The translations under genes and the position numbers were made by a program. A stretch of DNA of 64,000 nucleotides from Candidatus Hydrogenedentota bacterium (lineage in GTDB: Bacteria > Hydrogenedentota > Hydrogenedentia > Hydrogenedentales > SLHB01): NCBI GenBank assembly GCA_963745075.1, contig CAVUWV010000021.1:137841-201840 (forward strand), given 5' to 3'. The notes under the pieces are model-generated. The model saw only the letters and a list, made by a program, of their open reading frames with translations, ran no database searches and had not been told where the DNA came from. Each line of letters opens with the position of its first letter. The first letter of the stretch is position 1. Positions 23,058 through 32,538 of the stretch are shown one piece after another.

Positions 23058-24263
23058 TTAGTTATTCACGAGGCTCGAAAGCTGCAGGATCGGCATGAAG
23101 AGGGCAATCACGATACCGCCGACGACGATACCCATCATCAGAATCAGGATGGGTTCGATAAGACTGGTCAAGGCATCGACGGACGCTTTCACTTCGGAAT
23201 CGTAGAAGTCGGAGATCTTACCCAGCATCTGTTCCAAGGCGCCGGTCTTCTCACCGACTCCGATCATGCGTGTCACCATGGCGGGAAATTCGCCGCTGCG
23301 CGCCAAGGGTTCGGCCAGAGTTTCACCGCCGCGCACGCTGTCGCTGGCATGCCGTACCACGCGGGCGAACACTTCGTTACCCGCCGTGCGCTCGACGATC
23401 TCGAGGGCGCCAAGTATCGCAACGCCGCTGCGCGTCAGCGTGCTCAACGTGCGAGCAAACCGGCTGATGGCTACCTTACGGAGCATCTTTCCAAAAACTG
23501 GTAACTTCAGCATCGCCTTGTCGATGTTGTAGCGGCCGACATCGGTCTGGCCGTACATGCGGAATCCAATGACCCCCGCGACAAAGACCGCGATCACAAC
23601 CAACATGCGCCAACTCCGAAGCGTATCGCTGATCGCAATGAGCAGCCGGGTCGGCGCCGGTAACGTCGCGTCAAAGCTCGAGAAAATCTCGGCAAACTGG
23701 GGTACGACCCAGATGATAAGGCCCGCCGCAATAAGAAGAATCATACTGAACGCAACCACCGGGTAGGTCATCGCCGCGCGGATGCGGCGTCTTAGTTCGG
23801 CCATCGCTTCCAGGTAATCGGCGAGTTGAAGCAATACGTTGTCGAGGTTACCGCTCGCCTCACCGGCGCGTACCATACTGACGTACAGATCGGTAAAGAT
23901 GCGCGGGTGCTTCCGCAACGCTTCGGAAAACGATTCACCGCCTTCCACGTCCTGGCCGATTTCGGCAAGCACACGGGCAAACCGCTGGTCTTCCGTCTGC
24001 TCGGCAAGAATGTCCAACCCCTGCAGAAGCGGCAGACCCGCGTTCACAATCGTGGACAACTGGCGCGTGAAGACCAGCAGCTCGGTCCCCTTTACACGCG
24101 GTCCACGCTTCGGACCCGAGGACTTGCCACGCTCCTGGATACGGTCGGGAATCATGCCTTGGCTTTGCAGGCTCCGCACCAGCGCCCCGCGGTTCTCGGC
24201 CGTGAGTGTACCGCTCTTCTTCTGACCCTCGCGCGTGCGGGCCGTATAGGTAAAGGTTGGCAT
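23058..24263 (-). CDS. pilC: Type IV pilus / T2SS inner-membrane platform protein (PilC/GspF)
   Basis: FTRQLSTIVNAGLPL, AGEASGNL, AMTYP, GEKTGAL, SLIEP. Confidence 0.95.
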   Translation of the reverse strand: MPTFTYTARTREGQKKSGTLTAENRGALVRSLQSQGMIPDRIQERGKSSGPKRGPRVKGTELLVFTRQLSTIVNAGLPLLQGLDILAEQTEDQRFARVLAEIGQDVEGGESFSEALRKHPRIFTDLYVSMVRAGEASGNLDNVLLQLADYLEAMAELRRRIRAAMTYPVVAFSMILLIAAGLIIWVVPQFAEIFSSFDATLPAPTRLLIAISDTLRSWRMLVVIAVFVAGVIGFRMYGQTDVGRYNIDKAMLKLPVFGKMLRKVAISRFARTLSTLTRSGVAILGALEIVERTAGNEVFARVVRHASDSVRGGETLAEPLARSGEFPAMVTRMIGVGEKTGALEQMLGKISDFYDSEVKASVDALTSLIEPILILMMGIVVGGIVIALFMPILQLSSLVNN

Positions 24264-24650
24264 AGACGCAATCTCCTCGTAGCTTCCCGCGGGCAAGTAT
24301 ACCACATCTTGTGCCATTTAGGTAGACACTTGACAAGTACCGCTAGCCACCCGGTGCTAACCCTTCAATCAGGAAGGGGGCCAGCCGGGATGGGTGCGTG
24401 ATCCCGGCTGGCCGTGTGCCGGTATTTCTGGCGAAGGTACGTGGCACATAGGCTGCGCAAAGTAGACAGCAAGCCACATACCGATCCCTTGAAGCGTCGA
24501 AAGGGCCGTAGTGGTTCACATGTAACCTATTAGAAATAAAGCCGTTGCTAACTCATAACGAGAGCAATCCCCAGTATCCGTTGGCGCCTGGTTCTGATTG
24601 ACAATCGATAAATTGACGGGATTCCGTCGGTCTGACAGACTTCGGAGGGG

Positions 24651-24729
24651 CTATCCCGAAATGCTCCCACGATCCAGCGCTATCAGTCCACAAGACGGCG
24701 CCTGTTTGCCGGCGAGAAATGCGGACTAG
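24651..24729. mobile_element. 79-bp MITE-like dispersed element, copy 1
   Basis: Aligns without gaps to 33981-34059; shares GAGAAATGCGGACTA; imperfect terminal inverted repeats; end coincides with the RES gene TAG. Confidence 0.7.
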
Positions 24730-25194
24730 GGACGCTGCAAGCGGGGATCCCAATGAAATACCGCCGGCTCCGCAACCTGCACCTTGCAAAAGTCCGGATG
24801 GAGCGGGTTCAGCAGGTAGTTGCACTCGCCAGGGATAATCGCGCCGGGCACGGACAGTACGCATGATTCCGCGGAAACCACCCAAGCTGACCCAATATCG
24901 CGAGTCGATGTTGGGGGAGGAACCGCGTTCCAGTCGCGGGGGAGGGAATCTATCTTCCAGCGTTGAGCACAGACGCCGGTCGAAAGAAACTCGGACTGAA
25001 ACGTACCCCTTGAGCAGGCGGATATCGTCAAGGTTCCCCAGAATCTCCAGCGCGGCCAAGGAGAGACTTCCCGCCAAATACACGATGGGCGTCCCGCGAT
25101 GATTCCACCTGCCTGGAAAGCGCCGGGCACCCTCGCCGGAAAACGCGCCATCGGCAAATCGTGCCTTGACGAGGCGCCAAGCACGAATGGTCAA
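24726..25194 (-). CDS. RES-domain toxin; frameshift near 24940-24965
   Basis: AWRL..AFSGEGARRFPGRWNHRG..YLA.SLSLAALE, then second frame LSVPGAIIPGECNYLLNPLHPDF. Confidence 0.9.
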
Positions 25195-25646
25195 CCGAAT
25201 ACCCCGTGCTCGACGCGCCCGAGCAGATTCTCGACTTCCCGGGCGCCGGGTTCGGTGTCGGCGTAGTCGAGAGGCGTGCTTCCACTCAGTGCACGCTTGG
25301 GCGACTTCAACCAGGACCGCGCCGCTTCAGCGTCTCCGAAAACGTCCTTCGCGCGGTCAAAGAGCACGCCCAGACGAAGAACGCGCTCGGATTCGTCGGA
25401 CAGGAGCCGGCCGGCTTTCTTGCGACGCGCGAGCGTGCGGGGCGCGATACCTGCCAGACGAGCCAAGTCCGCACTGGGAATCGCCATCGCCTTGCACAAC
25501 TTGTCGAACGAAGATGCCGGAAGTCCCTCTTTCAGTCGACGGATCACGTTCTCCGTATCGTCGCTGCGCAGTCCGACGGAGGCACCGTATACGGCCGCAC
25601 TTTCGCGGGCGAGGAGTTCTTCGGTTTTGGTTGTCTTCTTAGCCAT
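25191..25646 (-). CDS. Xre/MbcA/ParS-type antitoxin
   Basis: HTH IAPRTLARRK, ESERVLR, WLKSPKRAL..TPLD..GAREVENLLGRVEHG; overlaps toxin start. Confidence 0.93.
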   Translation of the reverse strand: MAKKTTKTEELLARESAAVYGASVGLRSDDTENVIRRLKEGLPASSFDKLCKAMAIPSADLARLAGIAPRTLARRKKAGRLLSDESERVLRLGVLFDRAKDVFGDAEAARSWLKSPKRALSGSTPLDYADTEPGAREVENLLGRVEHGVFG

Positions 25647-25656
25647 GGAAAGCTCC

Positions 25657-25702
25657 TGCCAATTGGCAGATTAATTATATGCCATATGGCAGAAACCTGC
25701 AA
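25657..25702 (-). promoter_or_regulatory. TA promoter with two palindromic operators
   Basis: TTGCAG-N17-TATAAT on minus strand; perfect palindromes TGCCAATTGGCA (25657-25668) and TGCCATATGGCA (25680-25691) flank the -10. Confidence 0.8.
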
Positions 25703-25710
25703 GTAGTCCC

Positions 25711-25746
25711 ATGGACTGTATGAACAGAATGGACGCTATGGACAAG
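25711..25746. repeat. 9-bp degenerate tandem repeat (ATGGACnnn x4)
   Basis: atggactgt atgaacaga atggacgct atggacaag. Confidence 0.7.
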
Positions 25747-25763
25747 AATGGAGATGGAGGAAT

Positions 25764-26988
25764 TCAGCGGGTTTCGCTCAGGAATTCGACCATACCTTTG
25801 ACTCCGCCGAGGGTCATGTCTTCCATGTGGACGACTTGGCGGATACGGTTGAGGGTCCAGCTCCCGTAGGTGGTATCCCAGGCTTGGCGCGCGATGGGGT
25901 TCAGCCATACGGAGTGACGGAAGCGATCGGCGATGCGCTGCAGCCAGTACATGCTGGGCTGGGATTCCCGCGCGTAATGGTAGAGCGAGCCGTACGGCAG
26001 TTCCAATTCCTCCGGGGCCATGGTGGCATCGCCGAAAATGACGAACCGCGTTTCGGGGTTTCGCTGAAGCAACTGCTCCGTAGCGTACTTCTTCATGCGC
26101 CGGTAGTCGATCCACACGTTTTGGTAGATGGTGTTATGGAAGTAGTAGGTCTGGATATCCTCGAAGCGTTCGTGGAGTTTGCTGAAGAGCAGCCGCGTGA
26201 TGTCGACGAAGGGGTCCATGGAATACCCGCCGTTGTCGATGAGCAGCACCACGCTGGTTCGGTCGTGCAGTTCCCGGTCGAAGACGAGGTCGATCTCTCC
26301 CCCATTTCGCGCCGTGCTGCGGATGGTCTCGTCGAGATTGAGGACCGTATGCGCGCCCACATCCTTCATGTGCTTCATCGATTCGAGGGCCTGGCTCAGG
26401 TTGGCCGCCTTCAGCGTGTTGGTATCCGCGTAGGCAACATAGCGGCGGTTCGCGATGACGCTCAGGGCGGACCGGTTCATGGATTCTCCTTCAACCCGGA
26501 TGCCCCGTTCCGCGTTGCCGGAATGGCCGAAAGGGCGAATTGCCCTTTTGCCCAACCCATTTACTTCCGCCGGCGTGGGCCTCCATCTGTTCGCGGACGG
26601 TCTCCCAAAACTTCTCCATTAACTCTTCCGGCGTCATGGTGTAGACGGCGCGTTCCGGGAGTTTGCCCTCCTTGATCTGCTGCGCGAGCCAGTCCTTGAA
26701 GGCCTTCGTGCGGAAAAGTTCCATGTCGCCTTCGGCCACGGCGGGAATGTCGATGCCGTAAAAGTACAACGCAAAAGCCCGCTCGAAGGCGTCCATGTGC
26801 TCTTTGCGACGCACAAAAGTGAGGCGGGAAAAAACAAAGAGGTCATCGAGGGTCTGGACGACACCCTTTTCGAGCCCTTCGTTGAGATGGAGCAGATCCT
26901 CGGGTGATATAGGAACACCGTAGTCGCGGAGGAGATAGACGAAGTCCACAAAGAGCGCCGTCGAGTATTGTGTGGACGCCGAGGTCAT
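25764..26988 (-). CDS. VWA-domain (CoxE-like) partner of MoxR; frameshift near 26535
   Basis: H.GGSKWVG.KG.SPFGHSG split across frames, LLIDNGGYSMDP, YFHN, GDATMAP, VWLNP. Confidence 0.85.
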
Positions 26989-27019
26989 GGGAGCCGCGCA
27001 CCAAGCACAGGGATCGCCC

Positions 27020-27250
27020 TCACCACAACCCGCGAATGAACAGCAACAACCCGATAATGAACAGCGGGATGCCGATCAGAGCGCCGATGATGGTTCCGAT
27101 GAGGATCCAACCCACAAACATCAACACCGCGCCGATAACCAGGGCCAATAGAATTCCCGTGGCGTTCGCGACCAACGTCACAAGACGCCACAAGAGGACG
27201 AGCGGCCAGAAGATAAGCGGCGTCCTGCGCTGTGAAGTAGTGGCAGTCAT
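27020..27250 (-). CDS. Small hydrophobic membrane protein
   Basis: 76 aa, nearly all hydrophobic, GxxxG-rich; lies between MoxR and VWA. Confidence 0.75.
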   Translation of the reverse strand: MTATTSQRRTPLIFWPLVLLWRLVTLVANATGILLALVIGAVLMFVGWILIGTIIGALIGIPLFIIGLLLFIRGLW

Positions 27251-27363
27251 GGCACGATCTCCTATCTAAACGCGTTGCGCTCCGACGTACTTGTTCACCT
27301 CAATTGGACACCATAACGCACCAAAAGGTTTACGACAATCATGCCACCTCTTTCGAGACTCCG

Positions 27364-28206
27364 TTACATATACCGCGTGCCCTTATCCCCTTCCCGATAG
27401 GCCTGGATGTCCCCGGCGCGTTTGAGGAGGATGCCGGTCAAAGGTGGGTCCTTGGGATTCGGTACCGATCCGGTCCGTTGCAGAGCCCCAATCCAGTTCA
27501 GGAGCTCGCTGGTGGCGGGAGGCTTTTCGAACCCCCGCTCGCGCAGTTCGTAGAAAATCGTGATGGCCGCTTCCATGAGTCTCGGGCTGGTCTTGGGGTA
27601 GTGGAGCTTCACAATCTCGTGCATCTGGTCCGGGTTGGGGAACGCGATGTGGTGACAATAGCACCGGCGCAGAAACGGATCGGACAATTCCCGTTTTGCA
27701 TTAGACGTGATAAAAATCGCTGGCCGGACCGCGGCCTTGATGGTTTCGTTCACCTCGCGGATCGTGAACTGGCATTCCTCCAGGATGTCCAGGAGGTTGT
27801 CCTGCACATCCGACTCGGTCTTGTCGATTTCGTCCAGCAGCAGCACCACCTTCTTGTCCGCGCGAAAGGCGCGGCCGATGGGACCCCAGATGACGTAGTC
27901 ATAGAATTCCTGAACCTCCCTCCCGCTCTCGCCGGGACCAAACCGCGCATCGTTAAGACGGAGCACCGTGTCCTGGGTGTAGCAGGCTTCCTCGCCCTTA
28001 ATGGTCGACTTGGCGCGGAGGATTTCCGTATCCATGTTCAGGGCGCGGGCCACCTCGAGGGCAAGCTGGGTTTTACCGGTGCCCGCTTCGCCGGTCAGCA
28101 GCAACGGCTTTTCCATGGCCAACGCGATGTTGACGATGGCCTGCAATTCCGGGTCGAGGTAATACCGGTCCGTACCGGCAAATTCGAGCGACTTTGAAAA
28201 GGTCAT
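27364..28206 (-). CDS. MoxR-family AAA+ ATPase
   Basis: PLLLTGEAGTGKT, LLLDEIDK, ITSNAKREL.DPFLRRC. Confidence 0.94.
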   Translation of the reverse strand: MTFSKSLEFAGTDRYYLDPELQAIVNIALAMEKPLLLTGEAGTGKTQLALEVARALNMDTEILRAKSTIKGEEACYTQDTVLRLNDARFGPGESGREVQEFYDYVIWGPIGRAFRADKKVVLLLDEIDKTESDVQDNLLDILEECQFTIREVNETIKAAVRPAIFITSNAKRELSDPFLRRCYCHHIAFPNPDQMHEIVKLHYPKTSPRLMEAAITIFYELRERGFEKPPATSELLNWIGALQRTGSVPNPKDPPLTGILLKRAGDIQAYREGDKGTRYM

Positions 28207-28299
28207 GGAGACTCCAACAGCTATCAGGGGTTCGACATGGTCACCAGTGGTTTGAGAATAGTCTTGGGAGGGCCAGAGAGGCAAATTGTGGTACCCGTG

Positions 28300-28335
28300 A
28301 CGGACGCTATAGACCTGATGGACGAAATGGACAAG
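28300..28335. repeat. 9-bp degenerate tandem repeat (ATGGACnnn x4)
   Basis: acggacgct atagacctg atggacgaa atggacaag. Confidence 0.65.
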
Positions 28336-28418
28336 CGGTGACGCTTGCCAGTATGCTCATCGGGTCGTATTTTGGGCTGGCTGCAAACCCCATTCGACGT
28401 CTCAAGGGAGTGTGCCGT

Positions 28419-29120
28419 GTGATCAGGTTCGTGAATAAAGCGTGTGCTCTAGTCGCTGTCGGGCTGGCGTTGGTCTGGGCGCTGCAAAGCGTCGCCGGGG
28501 AAGCCGCCGAAACGCGCAGCCCCGCGCCGGTGATGAGTTACCACGGAGCGGACTGGCTCGAACGCCCGAGCCGGATAGAAGAGGAGCGACCCGACGAAGT
28601 CATCGCGGCGATGGGACTCAAGGACGGCGATGTGGCGGTGGACTTGGGATGCGGGACGGGCTTCTTCGCCCGCCGCATGGCGAAGGCCGTCGCGCCGACG
28701 GGCAAGGTCTATGGCGTCGATATCCAGCCGGAATTTCTGGAAATGCTCAAAGGGTACTGCGAGAAGGAAGAAATCACGAACGTCGTGCCGGTCCTGGGCG
28801 TTGAGAACGACCCCAAACTGCCGAAGGGCGCGATCGACTGGATCGTCTTGGTAGACGTTTACCACGAGTTTCAGCACCCCCAAGCCATGCTGGCGAAGAT
28901 GCGAGAGTCCCTGAAACCGGACGGCAAAGTCGCCCTGGTCGAGTACCGGTTGCACGGCGACACGGCCAAGCACATCAAGATCGAGCATCGAATGTCGGTG
29001 AAGCAGGTGCTGTCGGAATGGAACCCGGCGGGATTCGAACTCGTTGACCTACAGGAATTTCTGCCGTCCCAGCACCTGTTCATCTTCCAAAAGGATCCCG
29101 ACCGATCCGAGAAGAAATAG
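28419..29120 (+). CDS. Class I SAM-dependent methyltransferase with N-terminal signal-like segment
   Basis: VDLGCGTG, VDIQ, VDVYHEF; AAGGGAG RBS before GTG. Confidence 0.9.
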   Translation: MIRFVNKACALVAVGLALVWALQSVAGEAAETRSPAPVMSYHGADWLERPSRIEEERPDEVIAAMGLKDGDVAVDLGCGTGFFARRMAKAVAPTGKVYGVDIQPEFLEMLKGYCEKEEITNVVPVLGVENDPKLPKGAIDWIVLVDVYHEFQHPQAMLAKMRESLKPDGKVALVEYRLHGDTAKHIKIEHRMSVKQVLSEWNPAGFELVDLQEFLPSQHLFIFQKDPDRSEKK

Positions 29121-29189
29121 GCTGTATGGTCTGAATTGTTTGTCTGCGTGTACGACCACGCAGTGAACCACTCACGAAGGAACCCCTCC

Positions 29190-32093
29190 ATGTACACTCG
29201 CGCTCTCACCCTGGCGACTATCGTCCTGCTGGGACTCGTCGCCACCGCGCACGCGGATTACAAACTCATTCACGAAATCAGCCCGGATGATCCGATGAAG
29301 ACCCGGATCTTCGAATTGGACAATGGGTTGACCGTCTACATGACTGAAAACCACGAATCGCCCCGGTTTTACGCGGAAATCGCCGTACGGGCCGGCAGCG
29401 TGATGGACCCGGCGGAAACGACCGGACTCGCGCACTATCTCGAGCACCTGCTGTTCAAAGGGACGCAGCATATCGGCACGACGGATTACGCCACGGAAAA
29501 AACGTATCTTGACCAGATTACCCAGCTTTACCAAGACCGGTTTCACGAAACCGATCCCGCCAAGCGGCAGGAAATTTACTCCGAGATCAACGCGGAGTCT
29601 CAGAAGGCGTCGCAGTACGCCATTCCAAATGAATTCGATCGCCTGTATCGCGCCATGGGCGCCCGCGGACTGAATGCGCACACCTGGCAAGAAGAAACCG
29701 TCTTCAAAGTGGACCTGCCCGCCAACCGGCTCCAGCAGTGGGCCGCCATCGAATCGGAACGGTTCTCCGATCCCGTCTTCCGCTTGTTCCAACCCGAACT
29801 CGAAATCGTCTATGAAGAAAAGAACCGGTCGATGGACAACAAGGATCGGATCATCCAGGAAGCCGTGAATGCCGACTTGTACAAGGTCCATCCCTACGGC
29901 CAGCAGACGACGCTGGGGTCTGTGAAGGACCTCAAGAATCCGTCGCTCCAGAATATATACAATTATTTCCATACCTACTACGTGCCGAACAATATGGCCA
30001 TTATGATCTCGGGGGATATTGACCCCGGCGAGGCGATAAAGACCATCGACCAGCAGTTCTCGTCGTGGAAACGCAAACCCCTCCCGAAAATCGAAACCTG
30101 GCAGGAAAAACCGATCGACGGCGTGGAGCGGGTCGTCACGCACTATGAGAGCGAGGAGTACGTGCTCCTCGCATTTCGCACGGTGCCCATCAACGATCCC
30201 GATGCCGATGCGTTGAAACTTTTCGACATGATCCTGTCGAACCGTGTCGCGGGCTTGATCGACCTGAATCTGAATCAGCAGCAGCGGGTTCGTGCGGCCG
30301 GTTCGTATCCGATGATGTTCAACCAGTATGGCGCCCAATACCTGTGGGGAATACCGAAAGAAGGTCAAACGCTCGAAGACGTAGAACAACTGCTTCTGCA
30401 ACAGGTCGAGTTGGTGAAGAAAGGCGAATTCGAGGATTGGATCATCCCCGCAATCATCACCGACTTCAAAAAGACCGAAAAGGCGGGGCTCGAATCCAAC
30501 CCCTCGCGGGTCGCCACCATGCGGGACTCGTTTATCGCGCACCAGGATTGGGAGTACACGGTGCACGACATCGATCGGATGGAAGAACTCACCAAAGGCG
30601 ATATCGTCCGCGTCGCGAACAAATACTTTGACGGCAATTATGTGGCGGGATACCGGAAAGAGGGGCAACACAAGGTCCCCGAAATCGAAAAGCCCAAAAT
30701 CGATGCCATCAAAATCGATCCCACGCGCGAATCCGCGTTTGCGAAGCAGATCCTTGCCATCCCGGTGAAACCCATCACGCCGGTGTTCGTGGACCCGAAG
30801 AAGGACTACAAGATTAAAACCGAATCCAAGGGTCTTCGCTTCTACCACGTCAAGAATCCCATCAACGACCTGTTCAGCCTGACCATCGCCGTGGACCTGG
30901 GCACCCTCGAGGACAACCGGCTCGGCGCGGCGGCGCAACTGCTGGACAAGTCCGGCACCCCCGAGTTCTCCGCACAGGATCTCAAGAAGGAGTGGTACAA
31001 ACTCGGGACGGACTTCGGCATCGGCTCGGGCGATCACGAAACTTCCATTACCATAGCCGGGCTCGACGAGAATTTTGAAGCGTCCGTGAAGCTGTTGATG
31101 GATCTCTTGACCCATCCGACGGCCGATCGATCCACGTTGGACGAGTTGATCCAGATCGTTCTGAAGAACCGCGAAGATGCCAAGAAAGACGCGAATTCGA
31201 TCAACTCGGCACTCGTGCAGTACAACCGCTACGGCCCGGAATCCGCATTTCTTCGTATGATGCCGTCGGATCGGGTGAAAGAACTCACCATCGACGAACT
31301 CCACGGCATCATCACAAATCTTCTGACGTACAAGCAGTCGATCATGTACACGGGGTCCCTGCCCATGCGGAAAGTGATCGGCGTAATGAAGAAGTACGAA
31401 CCGTTGAATGAAATTCTGCAGGATCCGCCGCCGTACCGGCGGTTGTCGCCACGTTCGCCGGAAGAATCCGAGATCTATTTCTTCAATAAAGAAATGGCCC
31501 AGGCGCAGATCCGGATCGAATACGCCGCCGAGGTCTTCAATGAAGCGGACGTCCCCGCGAGCCAGTTATTCAACAGCTACTTCTCCGGCGGCATGGGCGG
31601 CGTCGTCTTCCAGGAATTGCGGGAAGCGCGGGCCTTGGCGTACTCCGCCGGCGCACACTACGTCACGCCGTACCGTGCCGGCGATCGCGACCTGATGATT
31701 GGCGGCATGGGCACCCAGGCCGACAAAGCGCCCGAGGCGCTGGACGGGTTCATCGACATCCTGGACTCCATGCCGGTTTCCGGCGACCGCTTCAAGACGG
31801 CCAAAGAAGCCCTCGTCGAGAACTACCGAACGGGGAAGATCGGTTTCCGGGACATCATCGGGGCGGTACGTTCCTGGGAGCGCCTGGACGTTCCGGTAGA
31901 CCCGCGCCGGAAGCGATTTAAGGAAATCCAGACCGCAGACGAGGCGACCATGCTGGGCTTCTACAAGTCCCAAATCCAGGACAAGCCAAAACTTATCTCG
32001 ATTGTTGGGGATAAGGCGAAAATCGACATGGAAACTATCGCGAAGAAAGGCAAGGTGTCGGAAATCGGGCTGGACCAGATCTTTGTGAAGTAA
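29190..32093 (+). CDS. M16 (insulinase-family) zinc metallopeptidase, exported
   Basis: Signal peptide; GLAHYLEHLLFKGT (HxxEH); LREARALAYS. Confidence 0.95.
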   Translation: MYTRALTLATIVLLGLVATAHADYKLIHEISPDDPMKTRIFELDNGLTVYMTENHESPRFYAEIAVRAGSVMDPAETTGLAHYLEHLLFKGTQHIGTTDYATEKTYLDQITQLYQDRFHETDPAKRQEIYSEINAESQKASQYAIPNEFDRLYRAMGARGLNAHTWQEETVFKVDLPANRLQQWAAIESERFSDPVFRLFQPELEIVYEEKNRSMDNKDRIIQEAVNADLYKVHPYGQQTTLGSVKDLKNPSLQNIYNYFHTYYVPNNMAIMISGDIDPGEAIKTIDQQFSSWKRKPLPKIETWQEKPIDGVERVVTHYESEEYVLLAFRTVPINDPDADALKLFDMILSNRVAGLIDLNLNQQQRVRAAGSYPMMFNQYGAQYLWGIPKEGQTLEDVEQLLLQQVELVKKGEFEDWIIPAIITDFKKTEKAGLESNPSRVATMRDSFIAHQDWEYTVHDIDRMEELTKGDIVRVANKYFDGNYVAGYRKEGQHKVPEIEKPKIDAIKIDPTRESAFAKQILAIPVKPITPVFVDPKKDYKIKTESKGLRFYHVKNPINDLFSLTIAVDLGTLEDNRLGAAAQLLDKSGTPEFSAQDLKKEWYKLGTDFGIGSGDHETSITIAGLDENFEASVKLLMDLLTHPTADRSTLDELIQIVLKNREDAKKDANSINSALVQYNRYGPESAFLRMMPSDRVKELTIDELHGIITNLLTYKQSIMYTGSLPMRKVIGVMKKYEPLNEILQDPPPYRRLSPRSPEESEIYFFNKEMAQAQIRIEYAAEVFNEADVPASQLFNSYFSGGMGGVVFQELREARALAYSAGAHYVTPYRAGDRDLMIGGMGTQADKAPEALDGFIDILDSMPVSGDRFKTAKEALVENYRTGKIGFRDIIGAVRSWERLDVPVDPRRKRFKEIQTADEATMLGFYKSQIQDKPKLISIVGDKAKIDMETIAKKGKVSEIGLDQIFVK

Positions 32094-32101
32094 CATCCTT
32101 C

Positions 32102-32131
32102 TTGCAAAGGCGTGAGATCTCATCATATAAT
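32102..32131 (+). promoter_or_regulatory. Sigma-70 promoter for tatA
   Basis: TTGCAA-N18-TATAAT. Confidence 0.55.
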
Positions 32132-32256
32132 CTAGTTAATGCTGAGGCGCTGGTGCGTGAACGGTTCAAGGCGCACAAACGGGTGATCGTCGTTCGGCTC
32201 CTCATGCAATACAACAAGGCTGAGGCGCAAATTCCGCCTTCAGTTGGAGACATGCA

Positions 32257-32475
32257 ATGTTTGGAATGCCAGGTGGATCCGAGTGGTTCATTATTCTCCT
32301 GATCGTGCTTATCGTGTTCGGCGCGGGAAAACTCCCGCAGGTTGGACGGTCCCTGGGTACGGCCATTACCGAATTCAAGGACAGCGTGAAGGGTAAGGAC
32401 GAGGACGAGAAAGACGAGCCGTTGGCGAAGAATAAAGAAGAAGAGAAGGAACCTGCGGAATCGAAGCACGCGTAG
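32257..32475 (+). CDS. tatA: Twin-arginine translocase TatA/E
   Basis: TM then FGAGKLPQVGRSLG.AI.EFK. Confidence 0.95.
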   Translation: MFGMPGGSEWFIILLIVLIVFGAGKLPQVGRSLGTAITEFKDSVKGKDEDEKDEPLAKNKEEEKEPAESKHA

Positions 32476-32538
32476 TCGCGACGACCGATTCTCTTTCACA
32501 TACCTGCTAAATTGCGGGGTGGCGCGATCGAATTCGCG

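Noticed and set aside
24301..24316. Sigma-54 promoter for pilC (TGGCAC on minus strand)
   Set aside because: The -12 position reads GG rather than GC; an extended -10 TGGTATACT explains the region equally well
24345..24420. tRNA-Sec or other tRNA (CTTCAA present)
   Set aside because: No GTTCRA T-loop, acceptor stem or CCA end
29172..31304. Long antisense ORFs (710 aa here; also 16472-18199 and 3584-4942)
   Set aside because: Shadow frames opposite well-supported genes in high-GC DNA, with no recognisable motifs
32141..32243. Repeat GCTGAGGCGC x2 and small hairpin in the tatA leader
   Set aside because: A 10-bp match in GC-rich DNA is too weak to call without homologues
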